A stretch of 63,779 nucleotides of DNA, counting the filler, from Guillardia theta CCMP2712 (Eukaryota > Protista > Cryptophyta): assembly GCF_000315625.1 (NCBI RefSeq). It is 7 parts of 7 records of this genome, joined end to end, with 100 filler letters (N's around TTAATTAATTAA, not from the genome) between each part and the next. Parts side by side here need not be neighbours in the genome. Positions count along the whole stretch, not along the records: positions 60,172 to 62,352 come from NW_005434110.1; positions 62,453 to 63,779 come from NW_005434031.1; 5 more parts are not named here. The stretch is one strand, 5' to 3'. A program made the position numbers and the translations under genes. This document shows positions 60,823 through 63,779 of the stretch, piece after piece. The notes beneath the pieces were generated by a model. That model saw only the letters and a list, made by a program, of their open reading frames with translations. It ran no database searches and was not told where the DNA came from. Position 1 is the first letter of the stretch; every line of letters begins with the position of its first letter.

Positions 60823-62694
60823 TTCGTACTTTTTGTTGTACCGGGATCAAAGACTTTTGGCCGTACAATATTGGTACAAAATAAAAACATAAAAGATTTG
60901 TTATCAAATAGATATCGACCAGAATTCACTCAAAAACTATTTATTGGTACTAATATTGGGTACTATAGTTGAAGCGGACATCGGTCCATATCAAATCTCA
61001 AAGTAAATACACCCGATGCAATGTATATTTTGTACCCCATCATTTGTACTCTCCTGAACTTGACCGGTACTCTGTAGANNNNNNNNNNNNNNNNNNNNNN
61101 NNNNNNNNNNNNNNNNNNNNNNNNNNNNNNNNNNNNNNNNNNNNNNNNNNNNNNNNNNNNNNNNNNNNNNNNNNNNNNNNNNNNNNNNNNNNNNNNNNNN
61201 NNNNNNNNNNNNNNNNNNNNNNNNNNNNNNNNNNNNNNNNNNNNNNNNNNNNNNNNNNNNNNNNNNNNNNNNNNNNNNNNNNNNNNNNNNNNNNNNNNNN
61301 NNNNNNNNNNNNNNNNNNNNNNNNNNNNNNNNNNNNNNNNNNNNNNNNNNNNNNNNNNNNNNNNNNNNNNNNNNNNNNNNNNNNNNNNNNNNNNNNNNNN
61401 NNNNNNNNNNNNNNNNNNNNNNNNNNNNNNNNNNNNNNNNNNNNNNNNNNNNNNNNNNNNNNNNNNNNNNNNNNNNNNNNNNNNNNTTTCCTTCTTTTTG
61501 GATCCTTCATCATCTACTCCTCAAGAAGTCTCCTTCATGGGCATTCATCACCAACTTGTTAGCTTCCTGTCCCTCAAAGCCTCTGCTGATCAATCTAAAA
61601 TCTCAAACCTGAAATTTTTCTTTCGACCTACTTATCTGGATTCCAAGGATTTGTGTAGCGTTGCAAACGAAGGAAAGGTTGAGTTGCCTGAATTCTGAGA
61701 TTTGAAAATGGATCCCTCGTGGTTGCTGCCAACAAATGCTGCATCCTGCACTTTTGTTCAAAAGGATGACAGGAAAAACAGGGAAAACAGGAAAAGCATT
61801 AAGTTAAGATGTCACCTGGCGCAATAACATACACAGAACTTGAAGTACAACACAAAAGCACTGCTGCTTACAAACTGCACCAATCTTCAGTCAGTATAGA
61901 TCAATGAAACCATCAGTCTCTACCAAGGAGTGCAAAACCTGAACCTGACCCATCTTCCTTGCCGCCGTCACATCCGGAGGAATGGCAAGCCTCGGAAAGA
62001 TGGTTGCTGCGAAGAGTGTCATGCGATATTGCCTAACAAAACTTCATGCACATCACCTCAGATTGAGGCTCTAACAAAGGAGATCCATATGTCAAATTTT
62101 ACGAAAATCATGGGTGGATTGAATATATACCTTCTCAAAATTTTAATCGATGGAGAAATGATTTCCCTATGTTATTTGCATTATTTGTCAGGAACAAACA
62201 GCATACTGTTTGAGAACAATTGCGATCTATCTTCCTTCCATCGCCACCAGCATGAGTTTTCGCTTAGGGTCAAAAGAGGAAGAAACGCAGTACTGTAGGC
62301 GATTTTTGATCTCAAAAATGGATTCTCAACTTTCGACTCATCCGGAATAAAANNNNNNNNNNNNNNNNNNNNNNNNNNNNNNNNNNNNNNNNNNNNTTAA
62401 TTAATTAANNNNNNNNNNNNNNNNNNNNNNNNNNNNNNNNNNNNNNNNNNNNGTCCTTGTTCTTCCCTTATTCTCCTTCCCCTCCTGTCCTTGTTCTTCC
62501 CTTATTCCCTTCCCCTTCCCTGTCCTTCGTTCTTCCCTTATTCCCTTCCCTCCTGTCCTTGTTCTTCCCTTATTTCCCTTCCCCTCCTGCCCTTGTTCTT
62601 CCCTTATTCCCCTTCCCCTCCTGTCCTTGTTCTTCCCTTCTCCTGCTCCTGCTCCCTCCTCCTCCCGCTCTTCTCTGCTCATATCTCTTCTCAA

Positions 62695-62929
62695 GACTAT
62701 CAAACTCTCGCCAAACCTCTTGCTCGCAAGCTTTACTTCGCCGGCGAGCATACGTGCTGGACCCACCCATCGCAGGTGCCTTGAGGGACCGGTGCTTCTT
62801 CCTCTTACAGCTTCTCAGGTCGTTGGGGCTGCTTTGAGCGGACTGAGGGCGGCAGGAGAGCTGTCGTACGACTTGGGGAGGAGGGAGGAGCGGCACAAGA
62901 GCGAGGAGGAGGCGTCGAGAGAGAAATGA
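62695..62929 (+). CDS. C-terminal exons of a flavin-containing amine oxidase (LSD1/PAO family)
   Basis: DYQTLAKPLARKLYFAGEHT..HPS and LSGLRAAGEL. Confidence 0.75.
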
Positions 62930-63346
62930 AGCGGGCGAGGAGGAGGAAGCTCGGGGCAGCGAGCGAGGAGGAGGAAGCTGATGTGTACAGAGAACGAAAA
63001 CCAACTAAATGTGTGTGGTCATGATGAGGAGACGATGCGAATGGCCTGCGGGAAGTCAAGGAAGGAGACGGAGGAGGGAGGCGAGTGACCTGAGCTTTGT
63101 CGCCAGCATCAACGACGAAGAAGAGAGTGGAAGGGAGGGACGAAACCATGATCCCCTGAGACTCTCCGTTGATGCAAACCTGCTCAGCAGTGAGGACGGG
63201 GAAGGGAGAGGAGGGAGGGGATGGGCGGAGAGGGGAGGAGAGACACCAAGATGGTGGGAGAGAGGTGGAGGGGAGGAGGTGGATGATGATGGATGCAGAG
63301 AGCAGTCAGGAGAATCGAGAGCTCGAGAGTCAAAGTGACACGTCAC

Positions 63347-63603
63347 CTCCAGCGTCCTCGCGTCCATGTCCACCCGCAGCCCAACTCGGTCGCCAGTGCG
63401 AGGGAGGCGCTTAGCATACTCAGCACCTTGATCGAAGTGAAGGAGATTCCCTGCTGTTTCTCAGCTCGCCTCCTCCTCCTTCGCTCTCTACCGTTATGGC
63501 ACGAGAAGCACCAGCCCGAGTCCGTCTGGTAGGCCGGCGTGCCCGCTAGTATGTCGTGCGTTCCCCTGCATACGCCCAGCTGGATGTAGCAGTCCGGGGT
63601 GCC
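63347..63603 (-). CDS. Internal exons of a SPRY/B30.2-domain protein
   Basis: YIQLGVC...GWCFSCHNG and TGDRVGLRVDMDARTLE. Confidence 0.6.
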
Positions 63604-63779
63604 TGGAGAGAAGAATGAGAGGGGGAGAGGGAGTGAGGGAGTGAGGGTGGTGGGGGGGGTGGAGGTGGGAAGGGGAGGGAGGGAGGGGAGGGAAGGGAAG
63701 GGAGGAGGGAGGAAACGAAGGAGGGGAGGGGGAGGGAAGGGGAGGGAGGGGAGGGAGGGGAGGGAGGAGGGAGGAAACG

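Overview
Eukaryotic, intron-rich genomic DNA. Short GT-AG introns with CTGAC branch points, abundant GGA/GGAGCA/CTCCT microsatellites and a bipartite plastid-targeting-like N-terminus suggest an alga with a complex plastid, by style a cryptophyte such as Guillardia (inference only). Six N-TTAATTAATTAA-N linkers and several plain gaps mean long-range adjacency is not guaranteed. Recognisable genes: CCDC22-like 3' end, proteasome beta-3, acyl-protein thioesterase-like hydrolase, PuuE-type allantoinase, eEF3/ABCF ATPase (one frameshift), PLAC8 protein, SAM methyltransferase, GT2+GT4 fusion, ABC1 kinase, multi-C2 protein, INTS13/Asunder-like protein with an internal FYR domain, and amine oxidase and SPRY fragments. 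The top candidate for a new system is a single-pass receptor (9387-12538, minus strand). It has a signal peptide, a Venus-flytrap/ANF-receptor-like ectodomain, a TM helix and a spliced cytoplasmic RelA/SpoT-like nucleotidyltransferase domain, so it may be a receptor alarmone synthetase. The second candidate is a 6.3-kb element with short terminal inverted repeats that carries a CDC7-like kinase fragment and sits in a 332-bp satellite; a second related terminus is joined to the same satellite.
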